Shown: in pieces, positions 26,792-36,537 of the stretch
Position numbering within the stretch: position 1 is the first letter of the stretch
How the letters are laid out: the number at the start of each line of letters is the position of its first letter
Source: a virus
DNA length: 64,000 bases
IMG/VR virus record: IMGVR_UViG_3300027833_000025
Location: 33,819 to 97,818 of that record
Direction: 5' to 3' (one strand)
Notes under the pieces: generated by a model
Databases searched by the model: none
Told to the model about the DNA's origin: nothing
What the model saw: the letters and a program-made list of their open reading frames with translations, nothing else
Made by a program: the position numbers and the translations under genes

Positions 26792-29434
26792 ATGAGTTAT
26801 GTCGATGGATTAATTGATCGTGACAGAGACATCATTCATGTGGTTGAACGTGTGAATGGTGTCCGTCGTTACTTAGAATATCCTGCACATCATACATTGT
26901 ACTATCCGTCACCGAAGGGAAAATATACTTCTATCTTTGGTGACACGTTAGAGCGAGTAGTGTGTAATTCTGGTCGCAAGTTTGCCGCAGAGAAAAAGTT
27001 ACACCATCGCAAAGGTTTATTTGAGAGCGACACAAACCCAGTGTTTCGTTGTCTCGCAGATAATTATCTTGATGCTGAACCACCAACACTCAATGTGGCA
27101 TTATTCGATATTGAAACAGACTTTAATAGAGAGATAGGTTATGCACCACCAGATGATCCGTTTAACGCGATCACTGCTATATCAGTGCATATGAGTTGGA
27201 TGAAGCAAACAGTGTGTTTGGTAATCAAGCCTAGTTCAATGACTGAGGAAGATGCACAAGCGATTGTTGATAGGTTTGACAATGCTATCTTGTGTGATAG
27301 CGAAGAAGCAATGTTGACTTCATTCTTAGAGTTGATAGACGATGCCGATATATTGACAGGTTGGAATAGTGAAGGATTTGATATACCATACACAGTAAAT
27401 CGTGTATCGCGTGTATTGAGCAAGAGTCACACACGACAGTTCTGTCTCTGGGATAAATTTCCGAAGCAAAAAGAAGTTGTTAAATTCGGCAAAGAAACAC
27501 AAACTTATGACTTGATTGGTCGTATACATCTTGATTATCTTGAATTGTATCGTAAATACACATATCATGAAATGCACTCATACTCACTTGATGCTATCTG
27601 TGAATATGAACTAGGTGATCAAAAAGTTGAATACGAAGGAACACTTGATCAGTTATACAATAATGACTTTTTTAAGTTCATTCAGTATAGTATACAAGAT
27701 GTTGACTTGATGGTTCGGTTAGATGAAAAACTTCAATTTATTGATTTGGCAAATCTTATTGCACACTCAAACACCGTACTATTACCAACTACCATGGGAT
27801 CAGTGGCACAGATTGATCAGGCAATAATCAATGAAGCACATTCACAAGGTTTAATTGTGCCTGACAAGAAGCGTGGTGAAAAACCTATTGCAGCAGCAGG
27901 CGCGTATGTAGCAACACCGATCAAAGGTGTTCATAGAGACATCGCATCAATTGACTTGAATTCATTATACCCATCTATCTTACGTGCATGTAATATGTCT
28001 ACTGAGACAGTTATCGGTCAGATAAAGCACGTGCACACTAGAAAGATGCTTGAAGATCATGACTTTAACGTACCGAAGGCGTGGGAAGGTAGATTCGCTT
28101 GTATAGAATATGAAATGGTCATGGAAAAGAATACCACATCATTACTTACACTTGAATTTGTAGACGGAACTGCTCATACCTTATCTGGTGCTGAGATATA
28201 CGAACTTGTATTTGAAAGCGATCAGCCTTGGATACTTACTGCTAATGGTACATTGTTCACACACGAAAAGAAAGGAATTGTACCTAAATTACTTGAAACT
28301 TGGTATGCTGAACGTAAAATATTACAAACAAAAGCACGAGATGCGCGTGATGAAGGTGGTGATAAGTTTGCATATTGGGATAAGCGACAGTTAGTTAAAA
28401 AGATTTTGCTTAACTCATTGTATGGTGCTTTATTGAATCCTGGAAGTCGTTTCTTTGACGAGCGATTAGGACAGTCTACTACCTTAACAGGTCGTTGTAT
28501 TGCACGACATATGGCAGCATCATTAAATGAAGTCATTACTGGTGAGTATGATCACAAAGGTAAATCCATTGTATATGGTGATACTGACTCTACTTATTTT
28601 AGTGCATATCCTATTTTAAAAGATCAGATTGCAGCAGGTTCAATTAATTGGGATAATGACACAATGATTTCATATTATGATGCAGTGTGTGGAGAAGTAG
28701 ATACTACGTTTGCAAAATTCATGATGGACACCTTTCATACCACCCATGAGTTAGGAGTAATTATTGCAGCAGCACGTGAAGTGGTGGCTACTTCGGGTCT
28801 GTTTGTAATAAAGAAGCGTTATGCACTTATGGTGATTGATAACGAAGGCAAGCGCGAAGATGTAGAAGGTAAGCCTGGCAAGATCAAAGCAATGGGACTT
28901 GACTTGAAGCGAAGTGATACACCTAAGTTCATGCAGGAGTTCTTGAAAGAGATTCTTGGAATGGTACTAACTGGTATTGAAGAATCCATAGTAATAGATC
29001 GTATTGTGAAATTTCGCAGCGAGTTTAGAGCAATGGATAGTTGGCAGAAGGGTACACCTAAACGTGTAAACAACTTGACTAATCATACAAAGAAATATAA
29101 TAAGATTGGCAAGTGTGGCGTTGGTCATGCAATGGCAGCAATCAATTGGAATCGTTTGAAGAAGATAAACGATGATGCATATAGCATGGATATCACTGAT
29201 GGTATGAAAACTATTGTATGTAAGTTGAAGAAAAACCCAATGGGTATGACTAGTATTGGTTATCCGACTGACGCGAAGCGTATACCTGATTGGTTTAAAG
29301 AACTACCATTTGACGACGGCTTAATGGAAGAAACTATCATCACAAAGAAGATTGAAAATCTAATCGGTGTTTTGAAATGGGATTTACAATCAGCAGCAGC
29401 GAATAATACATTCTCTGATTTATTTGAGTTTTGA
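26792..29434 (+). CDS. family B DNA polymerase (gp43-like)
   Basis: Exo DIETD and N..GFD; Pol DLNSLYPS, K..LNSLYG, YGDTDS, KKRY. Confidence 0.97.
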   Translation: MSYVDGLIDRDRDIIHVVERVNGVRRYLEYPAHHTLYYPSPKGKYTSIFGDTLERVVCNSGRKFAAEKKLHHRKGLFESDTNPVFRCLADNYLDAEPPTLNVALFDIETDFNREIGYAPPDDPFNAITAISVHMSWMKQTVCLVIKPSSMTEEDAQAIVDRFDNAILCDSEEAMLTSFLELIDDADILTGWNSEGFDIPYTVNRVSRVLSKSHTRQFCLWDKFPKQKEVVKFGKETQTYDLIGRIHLDYLELYRKYTYHEMHSYSLDAICEYELGDQKVEYEGTLDQLYNNDFFKFIQYSIQDVDLMVRLDEKLQFIDLANLIAHSNTVLLPTTMGSVAQIDQAIINEAHSQGLIVPDKKRGEKPIAAAGAYVATPIKGVHRDIASIDLNSLYPSILRACNMSTETVIGQIKHVHTRKMLEDHDFNVPKAWEGRFACIEYEMVMEKNTTSLLTLEFVDGTAHTLSGAEIYELVFESDQPWILTANGTLFTHEKKGIVPKLLETWYAERKILQTKARDARDEGGDKFAYWDKRQLVKKILLNSLYGALLNPGSRFFDERLGQSTTLTGRCIARHMAASLNEVITGEYDHKGKSIVYGDTDSTYFSAYPILKDQIAAGSINWDNDTMISYYDAVCGEVDTTFAKFMMDTFHTTHELGVIIAAAREVVATSGLFVIKKRYALMVIDNEGKREDVEGKPGKIKAMGLDLKRSDTPKFMQEFLKEILGMVLTGIEESIVIDRIVKFRSEFRAMDSWQKGTPKRVNNLTNHTKKYNKIGKCGVGHAMAAINWNRLKKINDDAYSMDITDGMKTIVCKLKKNPMGMTSIGYPTDAKRIPDWFKELPFDDGLMEETIITKKIENLIGVLKWDLQSAAANNTFSDLFEF

Positions 29435-29549
29435 TAATGTTTCCTAAACACGAACAATATAGGTATCTTTATATTCTACGCTCCCGTTGGTGGAATATTC
29501 AGATTACTTGTTGGTTATACAAATACAATGCAATTAAAAAGGTGAAGAG

Positions 29550-30695
29550 ATGGAAAGAACAATTTTTGAAACAGAACACAATTTAATACGAGATGCAGTA
29601 CGCAGTTTTGCGACTGAGCATATTTCTCCATTCTATGAGCAATGGGAAGAAGATGGTCAAGTAGATCGTGATATGTGGCGTAAGGCTGGCGAAGCGGGAT
29701 TACTGTCACCCAATGTACCAGCAGAGTTTGGTGGGATGGAAGCAGATTTCCTAGTCAATGCTGTCATAGGCGAAGAACTATCAGCGATGGGATTCATTAG
29801 TCAAGCGGTAGGTTTTAGTATTCATTCCGATATCACTGTTCCTTATATAATGAATTATGGTACACAAGAACAAAAAGAAAAATATCTTCCTGCATGTATC
29901 ACGGGCGATATTGTATTAGCCCTCGCTATGTCAGAACCAGCAGCCGGATCAGATTTGCAAGGTATTAAAACGACAGCAGTAAAAGATGGCAACGATTATA
30001 TATTGAATGGTTCTAAGGTATTCATTACTAATGGACAACATGCCGATCTAGTATTAGTAGTAGCAAAGACCGATCCGACAGCGGGCGCTAAAGGCATTTC
30101 TCTATTCTTAGTAGAAGCAGATAGTGTTGGATTCACTCGTGGTCAGAACTTGAAGAAGATTGGATTACATTCACAAGATACTTCTGAATTATTCTTTGAT
30201 AATGTTCGTGTTCCTGTAGAGAACTTATTGGGAGGTGAAGGCATGGGCTTCATTATGCTTATGAGCGAATTACCAACCGAGCGTATGTCAGTATCGGTAG
30301 GCGCTATTGCATCGGCACAGTCTATTCTACAGCAGACTATTACATATACAGCAGAGCGTAAAGCATTTGGCAAACCTATTGCAGTTTTTCAGAACACTCA
30401 GTTCAAGTTAGCAGAAATGGATACCGACATTACAGTAGCACAAGTGTTCGTTGATCGTTGTCTTGAACTGTTAGTAGAAGGTAAGTTAGATGATGTTACG
30501 GCAGCAAAAGTAAAGTTGATGACTTCTGAACTACAATGTAAAGTGATTGATGAGTGTTTACAATTACATGGTGGTTATGGATATATGATGGAATATCCAG
30601 TGGCGAGAGCATTCCTTGATTCACGGGTTCAGCGTATATATGCAGGCACGAGCGAGATTATGAAAGTGATAATTTCTCGCAGTTTGTTTAAGTGA
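29550..30695 (+). CDS. acyl-CoA dehydrogenase (LCAD-type)
   Basis: AMSEPAAGSD, LNGSKVFITNG, ELPTER, R.AFGKPI..FQ, HGGYGY, RIYAGT. Confidence 0.95.
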   Translation: MERTIFETEHNLIRDAVRSFATEHISPFYEQWEEDGQVDRDMWRKAGEAGLLSPNVPAEFGGMEADFLVNAVIGEELSAMGFISQAVGFSIHSDITVPYIMNYGTQEQKEKYLPACITGDIVLALAMSEPAAGSDLQGIKTTAVKDGNDYILNGSKVFITNGQHADLVLVVAKTDPTAGAKGISLFLVEADSVGFTRGQNLKKIGLHSQDTSELFFDNVRVPVENLLGGEGMGFIMLMSELPTERMSVSVGAIASAQSILQQTITYTAERKAFGKPIAVFQNTQFKLAEMDTDITVAQVFVDRCLELLVEGKLDDVTAAKVKLMTSELQCKVIDECLQLHGGYGYMMEYPVARAFLDSRVQRIYAGTSEIMKVIISRSLFK

Positions 30696-31093
30696 TTAAG
30701 ATTGGAATCACTGGCACTCGCTATGGTATGAATGAGACTCAATTTGAGTTAATACATGAGTATCTAGATCGTGATGAAAAGTTTCAAATACACCACGGAG
30801 ATTGTAATGGAGTTGATGCCGAGGTAGCATGTCTTGCAAAAGAGTTAGGTCATTATATAATATCCCATCCACCTACTAGTTCAGCATTAAGAGCATATAC
30901 TGACTATGATGAAATTCGTGAACCATTGGGTTATCTTGAACGAGATAGAAAAATAGTAGAATCTACTGATTTTCTTATTGTTGTCCCAAACACAGACGAA
31001 TGGCAATCACGAGGTGGTACATGGTATACACATGATTATGCGGTAAAGAAAAATAAAATGGTTGATGTGTTGTATCCATCTGGTAGAAAATAA
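30692..31093 (+). CDS. SLOG/YspA-like nucleotide-binding protein
   Basis: IGITGTR, HHGDC.GVD, R...IV, GGTWYT..YA. Confidence 0.7.
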   Translation: MIKIGITGTRYGMNETQFELIHEYLDRDEKFQIHHGDCNGVDAEVACLAKELGHYIISHPPTSSALRAYTDYDEIREPLGYLERDRKIVESTDFLIVVPNTDEWQSRGGTWYTHDYAVKKNKMVDVLYPSGRK

Positions 31094-31117
31094 ATTGAAA
31101 TTAATTGAAATTAGGGG

Positions 31118-31165
31118 TTGACAAAAGTAAGGCATCTTGCTATAATAGTTAGGTAAGTTAATAAA
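31118..31165 (+). promoter_or_regulatory. sigma70-type early promoter cassette
   Basis: TTGACA(31118)-17-TATAAT(31141); spacer AAGGCATCTT. Confidence 0.85.
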
Positions 31166-31182
31166 GCAAAGAGAGAACGATT

Positions 31183-31503
31183 ATGAAGACTGAAATGAAT
31201 AACTTGTTAGAAGCAATCAAAGCAGATTACGTGTTTGCAACAGGAACATCTGATACATCTAAACGAATGACTAAAGCATTTAATGAAAGTTTATCTTATA
31301 AATCTGGTAAGAAGTATATCAAGGTACTTCATGATCGTTCTGTTTGGGGTTTTATTGTCAATGTTGATGATGATGTTAGATTCAAGAAAGGCGATATCTT
31401 AAAAGCAGCAGGTTGGTCAGCACCAGCGCGTAACCAAGCACGCGGTAACATCATTGATGGTGGTTATTCTGTTCTATGGACTGGTCCTCGTTATTTAAAA
31501 TAA
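31183..31503 (+). CDS. conserved early phage protein
   Basis: GKKYIKV..SVWGFI..FKKGDILKAAGW.APA. Confidence 0.75.
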   Translation: MKTEMNNLLEAIKADYVFATGTSDTSKRMTKAFNESLSYKSGKKYIKVLHDRSVWGFIVNVDDDVRFKKGDILKAAGWSAPARNQARGNIIDGGYSVLWTGPRYLK

Positions 31504-31526
31504 ATTGAATTAAATGTTAATAACAG

Positions 31527-31555
31527 TTGACAACTACTCAGATATTTGTTATAAT
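31527..31555 (+). promoter_or_regulatory. sigma70-type promoter
   Basis: TTGACA-17-TATAAT, no palindrome. Confidence 0.8.
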
Positions 31556-31598
31556 TATTAAGTAAATTAAATTAAGTAAATCCTAAAAGGAATATTAT

Positions 31599-32708
31599 AT
31601 GTCTGTCACACAAACTCGTACTATCAAGATGTCAGAAGCAAATCAGATTCTACCTATTTCGTTTCGTCAAAAGCGCCCAGTGTTCCTATGGGGACCTCCT
31701 GGTATTGGCAAATCAGAACTAGTTAAATCTATTGGTGATTCTGGTGTACTTGGTACTACTAAAGTAATCGATATGCGATTAGCATTGTTTGAGCCTACTG
31801 ATCTTCGTGGTTATCCTGTACCAAATGTTGAGACAGGAACTATGCAATGGCTACCACCATCTGATTTACCTACTAAAGAAATGTCAGAACAATATGAGAC
31901 AATCATCTTATTCCTTGACGAACTCAACTCAGCAGCACCTAGTGTGCAAGCAGCAGCATATCAGTTGATTCTTGATCGTAAGATTGGTCAGTATGTATTA
32001 CCAGATAACGTTGTTGTAATGGCAGCAGGCAACCGGGAGTCGGACAAGGGTGTATCGTATCGTATGCCTAAGCCTCTTGAAAACCGTTTCGTTCACTTTG
32101 AGTTGCGTGTAGACTTTGATGATTGGTTAAACTGGGCATTAGATAACAAGATTAATTCTGATGTTGTTGGTTTCTTAAACTTTGCAAAGAATGATTTGTA
32201 TCAGTTTGATCCCAAATCATCTTCACGTGGTTTTGCTACACCTCGTTCATGGACTTATGTAGGTGAGTATCTAGATGGTGAAGCAGGTACATTATCAGAA
32301 GGTTTACAGACTGATATCGTAGCAGGTTGTGTTGGTGAAGGCACTGCGATTAAGTTTATGGCACATCGTAAGATTGCGGGTGATCTACCTAATCCGTCTG
32401 ATGTATTAGATGGTAAGGTTTCTACTCTAGAAACTAAAGAGATTTCAGCAATGTACGCACTTGCTACTAGCATGTGTTATGAGTTGAAGGATCGTTCTGA
32501 AAAGTGCAAAGAGTCGAAAGATTCAACTATCTTTGATGAATCATTCAGCAACTTCATTAGTTACATGATGGATAACTTTGAAACTGAAATGGTTATCATG
32601 GCATCACGTATCGCAATGAAGAACTATGGTCTTGTACCACAGCAATCTAAGATTGCACGCTTCCAAGACTTTTTTGACAAATACGGAAGATTAGTCCTTG
32701 ATGCATAA
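31599..32708 (+). CDS. MoxR-like AAA+ ATPase
   Basis: GPPGIGKS, LFLDE, AAGNR, NRF, TPRSW. Confidence 0.9.
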   Translation: MSVTQTRTIKMSEANQILPISFRQKRPVFLWGPPGIGKSELVKSIGDSGVLGTTKVIDMRLALFEPTDLRGYPVPNVETGTMQWLPPSDLPTKEMSEQYETIILFLDELNSAAPSVQAAAYQLILDRKIGQYVLPDNVVVMAAGNRESDKGVSYRMPKPLENRFVHFELRVDFDDWLNWALDNKINSDVVGFLNFAKNDLYQFDPKSSSRGFATPRSWTYVGEYLDGEAGTLSEGLQTDIVAGCVGEGTAIKFMAHRKIAGDLPNPSDVLDGKVSTLETKEISAMYALATSMCYELKDRSEKCKESKDSTIFDESFSNFISYMMDNFETEMVIMASRIAMKNYGLVPQQSKIARFQDFFDKYGRLVLDA

Positions 32709-32729
32709 GTGCTACGATAAGCAATAGAT

Positions 32730-32756
32730 AAAAGAGGCTCAATGAGTCTCTTTTTT
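32730..32756 (+). terminator. intrinsic terminator
   Basis: AAAAGAGGCTC-AAT-GAGTCTCTTTTTT. Confidence 0.85.
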
Positions 32757-32769
32757 GTAGGTATAAATT

Positions 32770-33093
32770 ATGTTAACAGATAAACAGAAAGAAATGAGTC
32801 TTATTGATTTTTCTCAATACAATCCGACTGAACGTAAGAACATTCGCTTATATGGAAAAGAACATAAAGATTGGACACTTAGCCAATGCATTGATCATAA
32901 ACATAGTTGGTTTGCTAGAGGATTAGATGTTAGAATCACTGCTACTGATACAGAAGAAATGCAGAAATGGTGCAAAAATAATATCTATCTACAATCATGG
33001 AATGTCATTAAGCGATTAGAGGGAGAAAAGAATAAGCATCAGTTTTTGTTTGAAAACCAAAATGATGCATTCATATTTAAATTATTATTTTAG
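32770..33093 (+). CDS. WC...FxxxxDAxxFKL family protein
   Basis: KWCK...FLFENQNDAFIFKLLF. Confidence 0.7.
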   Translation: MLTDKQKEMSLIDFSQYNPTERKNIRLYGKEHKDWTLSQCIDHKHSWFARGLDVRITATDTEEMQKWCKNNIYLQSWNVIKRLEGEKNKHQFLFENQNDAFIFKLLF

Positions 33094-33102
33094 GAGTATA
33101 TT

Positions 33103-33645
33103 ATGACAACACATGCAATGATAGATATTGAAACACTAGGCACTAATACAGATGCAGTGGTACTTACTATCGGTGGGGTTAAATTTGATCCTAATGACGA
33201 GTCACGTGGTACTTGGGATGAATTCTATTACAGTTTAGATATTGCAGAACAGTTAGATACTCGTAGTACTACTGACGAAACTATTGCATGGTGGGCTAAA
33301 ACAAATGGAGCAATGTTACTTGAAGAACTTGACAATCCTGATCGTACCCCAGTAATCGATGTATTAAAAGCATTAAATAGATGGCAAGTAGGCACAGGTC
33401 ATATCTGGGCACAAGGTCCTCAGTTTGATTTCGGTATTCTTGAAAACATGTATCGTGAGTATGATCATCATATTCCGTGGTCTGGTTTTTGGAGAATTAG
33501 AGATAGTCGCACCTTGCTAGGACTTATGGAAATTGATCCTCGCAAAGCAATTACATTTGAAGCGCATAATGCAATGGAAGATTGTAAAGTACAAGCATTG
33601 TGTGTACAACGCACATTGAAGCATTTTGGTGTGACTCATTCATGA
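33103..33645 (+). CDS. DEDDh 3'-5' exonuclease
   Basis: MIDIETLG, GPQFDF.IL, RDSRT, HNAMED. Confidence 0.9.
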   Translation: MTTHAMIDIETLGTNTDAVVLTIGGVKFDPNDESRGTWDEFYYSLDIAEQLDTRSTTDETIAWWAKTNGAMLLEELDNPDRTPVIDVLKALNRWQVGTGHIWAQGPQFDFGILENMYREYDHHIPWSGFWRIRDSRTLLGLMEIDPRKAITFEAHNAMEDCKVQALCVQRTLKHFGVTHS

Positions 33646-34070
33646 TGCTACGTTTTGTAAAATCCATATATAAAAAATGGGTTGATAAACGATATCTAAA
33701 GAAACATAATTGTGAATCGTGGGAACAATATAATCATATTTACGACCCATATATAGATCATGATGCTAAAAACATTAGAGATTATTTTTTTGGTTATAGT
33801 AGTATTGTTCATGTGAGATGGGCTGTTGTCAGCAATCTTCCATCATGGCATGAATTTCATGCCCAACCACATGAATTGACTAAATGGTGCAAAGAACATT
33901 GTGCAGATGATTTCAGACTTGATCAGATACGTGGTTCATTTATAAATTCTAAATTTGTGTTAGCGTCCGTATCAATACATTCAGATAATATTTTACGAGT
34001 TCCTGTAGAAGTGTTCTTGGCATTCAAGTCAGAAAAAGATGCATTATTATTTAAGTTACATTGGATATGA
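33642..34070 (+). CDS. WC...FxxxxDAxxFKL family protein
   Basis: KWCKEHC...AFKSEKDALLFKLHW. Confidence 0.7.
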   Translation: MMLRFVKSIYKKWVDKRYLKKHNCESWEQYNHIYDPYIDHDAKNIRDYFFGYSSIVHVRWAVVSNLPSWHEFHAQPHELTKWCKEHCADDFRLDQIRGSFINSKFVLASVSIHSDNILRVPVEVFLAFKSEKDALLFKLHWI

Positions 34071-34362
34071 TAGGTAACATCTATGCGAGATCAACATATG
34101 TGCCTACAAAAGCGCGTGCGGTTGTCACCTCCCAAGTTGGTGTTATATTGCGCTTTGCATAGATGTCTGATTTTCTTAGAAACGTGTTCTTTAATCATCA
34201 CTTGTATTTAGTAAAATAAAAATCATGATATTATTCACTATAAGTTCTGTGAATAACAAGTATAAACAACATAACCACCTATTATGTAATACTTTAGTAT
34301 AAATAATCGTGTTAGTATGCTACACTGTATACTGATTATTAAATCATACTGGAGGACATACA

Positions 34363-34533
34363 ATGTCATTATTAAAAAAGATGCGAACAAAATTCGCAAC
34401 ACGTTCAACTTCCAAGACTAAAAGAGAATTGAAAGTATGGGCGCAAACTGAGTACAGTAAAGATTGGCAGATGGTATATAACCATATGCTAGAGAATGAT
34501 GGTAGAGTACCATCTTTAAAGGAATTATCATAA
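34363..34533 (+). CDS. small basic protein (56 aa, not in ORF track)
   Basis: TATAAATA 34298, GGAGG RBS; WAQTEY..DW..VY..ML. Confidence 0.75.
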   Translation: MSLLKKMRTKFATRSTSKTKRELKVWAQTEYSKDWQMVYNHMLENDGRVPSLKELS

Positions 34534-34724
34534 TGAGTCGAATTAGACGAGTATTAAAGAAGTTAAATAATAAATTACGTACACCAACAAAATCAAACTT
34601 TGATCACAAAGGTTATAAGCAACTAAGCAAATTAAGCGACTACGAATTGCGCGACATAGGTATTTCCCGTGGCGACATTGATTACGTTTGTAGCGGTGGC
34701 ACAGTGCGCAGAGGAGAAAAATAA
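34533..34724 (+). CDS. DUF1127 (YjiS-like) small protein
   Basis: QLSKLSDYELRDIGISRGDI. Confidence 0.88.
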   Translation: MSRIRRVLKKLNNKLRTPTKSNFDHKGYKQLSKLSDYELRDIGISRGDIDYVCSGGTVRRGEK

Positions 34725-34825
34725 TGCAAGATACATTTTTGGTTAGAGGATTAAATCGTTTTAAAAAATCCCAAAAAGCAAATTGTCGTTCTTTCTCTGG
34801 CTTCACTAAACTAAAGGGGCTATAA
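34724..34825 (+). CDS. small basic peptide (33 aa)
   Basis: GAGGAG RBS, TAATG coupling at both ends. Confidence 0.55.
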   Translation: MQDTFLVRGLNRFKKSQKANCRSFSGFTKLKGL

Positions 34826-35025
34826 TGAAAACTAATAGATGGATACGTTTCATTAGAGCGATGGAATTCAGAGCATATGTTATTGCGGAAAGAGAAAAAC
34901 GTGCGATGGGACCCGATTATGAAAAAGTGCTAGATAATTGGAAATCACGATTGTTGCGTAAACCAGAAAATATTAACACTAGTATAGGTGTTGATATGGA
35001 ACAGTTAAAAAAAAGGGTGCTATAA
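34825..35025 (+). CDS. small basic protein
   Basis: TAATG coupling; followed by terminator hairpin 35009-35036. Confidence 0.65.
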   Translation: MKTNRWIRFIRAMEFRAYVIAEREKRAMGPDYEKVLDNWKSRLLRKPENINTSIGVDMEQLKKRVL

Positions 35026-35047
35026 GCGCCCTTTTTGTTGTCTAAAA

Positions 35048-35326
35048 TTAAGTGTATTCAATATCCACATCAGTAAAATATCCTTCTATTATATTTTGTA
35101 CGATAATGGGATTGCAATGAACATACTCTCTATTCACCTTGAACGATTCTCTCAATAAATCTAGTATCTTACGCTCATGTCTAATGTCGGGGATTTCATA
35201 TATCTTCTTGAAGTAACAATCTGGCGCAGCAGTTCTATATGCTTTTATGCGTTGCTCTGGATCTTTGGTGATACCTAACTTACAATAGTCTGGTTTGTGT
35301 GGGTCAATCAAAATATAATATTTCAA
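35048..35326 (-). CDS. GIY-YIG / T5orf172-like protein
   Basis: YYILI...KLGITKDP.QR...Y.T..P; E..I; EYV. Confidence 0.75.
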   Translation of the reverse strand: MKYYILIDPHKPDYCKLGITKDPEQRIKAYRTAAPDCYFKKIYEIPDIRHERKILDLLRESFKVNREYVHCNPIIVQNIIEGYFTDVDIEYT

Positions 35327-35464
35327 TATAATTTATCTCCTATAATTATATAGGTATTTATTCACAATAAATTATGTAGTTGAAATCACTACATAAATAC
35401 CTTGACGGACATATAAACATAGTATATAATAGTATCAATGTTATAAAACTTATTGGAGATTGAC

Positions 35465-35695
35465 ATGATAAACGCAGACGTAGTAACAAGTATTATCCAA
35501 GATGAGATTGACAAAAGTACTGATAGTGGTGTAACAGAAGTTTTATCTTCTATAAAATCACGTATCGTAGACTTAGAAGAGAATGATTTGAATAACATGT
35601 TCAAGGATTACATGCAACGAGAAATTGAAGTAGCAGATGCAACTCGTCGTGACAATATGACAGTAGAAGCAAAACTATTAAGTGAATTGTTTTAA
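35465..35695 (+). CDS. hypothetical protein
   Basis: TTGACG-17-TATAAT at 35402, GGAG RBS. Confidence 0.7.
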   Translation: MINADVVTSIIQDEIDKSTDSGVTEVLSSIKSRIVDLEENDLNNMFKDYMQREIEVADATRRDNMTVEAKLLSELF

Positions 35696-35718
35696 TCAAG
35701 TGAACCATATATTAGAAA

Positions 35719-35979
35719 TTGAAAGTTATGTCAAATAGTGCAATCTGCACATTTGTATCAACACAAGATGGTATTGTAGTTGTACATCATAAGGAATGGG
35801 GTGGCTATATATATGACGATGAGTGTATATGGCATAATGATATTGGACCCGCTGTTGTATGGCCTGATGGACATGCTGCATGGTGGTTTGATGGGAAAGA
35901 GTTCAACTTCAATGATTGGGTTGAACTAGTTGACCTACGAGATGAAGAAGTATTTTTACTAAAGATGACATATTTATAA
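35719..35979 (+). CDS. HxxxGPA-motif small protein
   Basis: WHNDIGPAV.WPDG...WWFDG; ends DEEVFLLKM. Confidence 0.65.
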   Translation: MKVMSNSAICTFVSTQDGIVVVHHKEWGGYIYDDECIWHNDIGPAVVWPDGHAAWWFDGKEFNFNDWVELVDLRDEEVFLLKMTYL

Positions 35980-36506
35980 TGAATATTAGCGAAGGCTGGA
36001 TAAGTCTACAAGAAATGGAATTTGTAAAAAATCTAATGACTGTAGAACATGGTAATATTTTAGAAGTAGGTGCTGCAAACGGAAGACTATTTACTTATTT
36101 GTATAGTTCTTTTCCAACTTGGAAATATGTAGCAGTAGATCCGTGGGAACAAGAACAAGTAAGATTACAAGTTGATTGGGATAAAGGATATTTTGAGCCT
36201 AACAACTTAAAAGAAGTAATTACTATAGATATGTTTAAATCAAATTGTCCATATGCAGAAACACACGAAATGTATTTTGACAATTTTAAATCAGATTACA
36301 AATACGACATAATAAGTATGGGGTTAGTAAGTAAACATATGGATTGGAAAAGTGTTTATAAAAAAGCATTTTCAATGTTACAACCTAATGGGGTTATCAT
36401 TGGAAGAAATTTAACACATAAAAGATATGGCGCAATGATCAAGGAAGCAATACATGAATATAATATTATTGATACTTGTTCTGGATCATTTTTAATAAAA
36501 AACTGA
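35979..36506 (+). CDS. class I SAM-dependent methyltransferase
   Basis: ILEVGAANG, VAVDPW, L.PNGVII. Confidence 0.8.
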   Translation: MNISEGWISLQEMEFVKNLMTVEHGNILEVGAANGRLFTYLYSSFPTWKYVAVDPWEQEQVRLQVDWDKGYFEPNNLKEVITIDMFKSNCPYAETHEMYFDNFKSDYKYDIISMGLVSKHMDWKSVYKKAFSMLQPNGVIIGRNLTHKRYGAMIKEAIHEYNIIDTCSGSFLIKN

Positions 36507-36537
36507 TAAATATTGACATAAAACAGGGAAAAGTAAT

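Noticed and set aside
26792-29434. Intron or intein in the DNA polymerase
   Set aside because: Continuous 880 aa ORF with all motifs and no splice-junction or homing endonuclease signature
34082-34210. Minus-strand 35 aa ORF or ncRNA after a TAAATAC box
   Set aside because: No RBS, no recognisable motif or convincing fold; insufficient support
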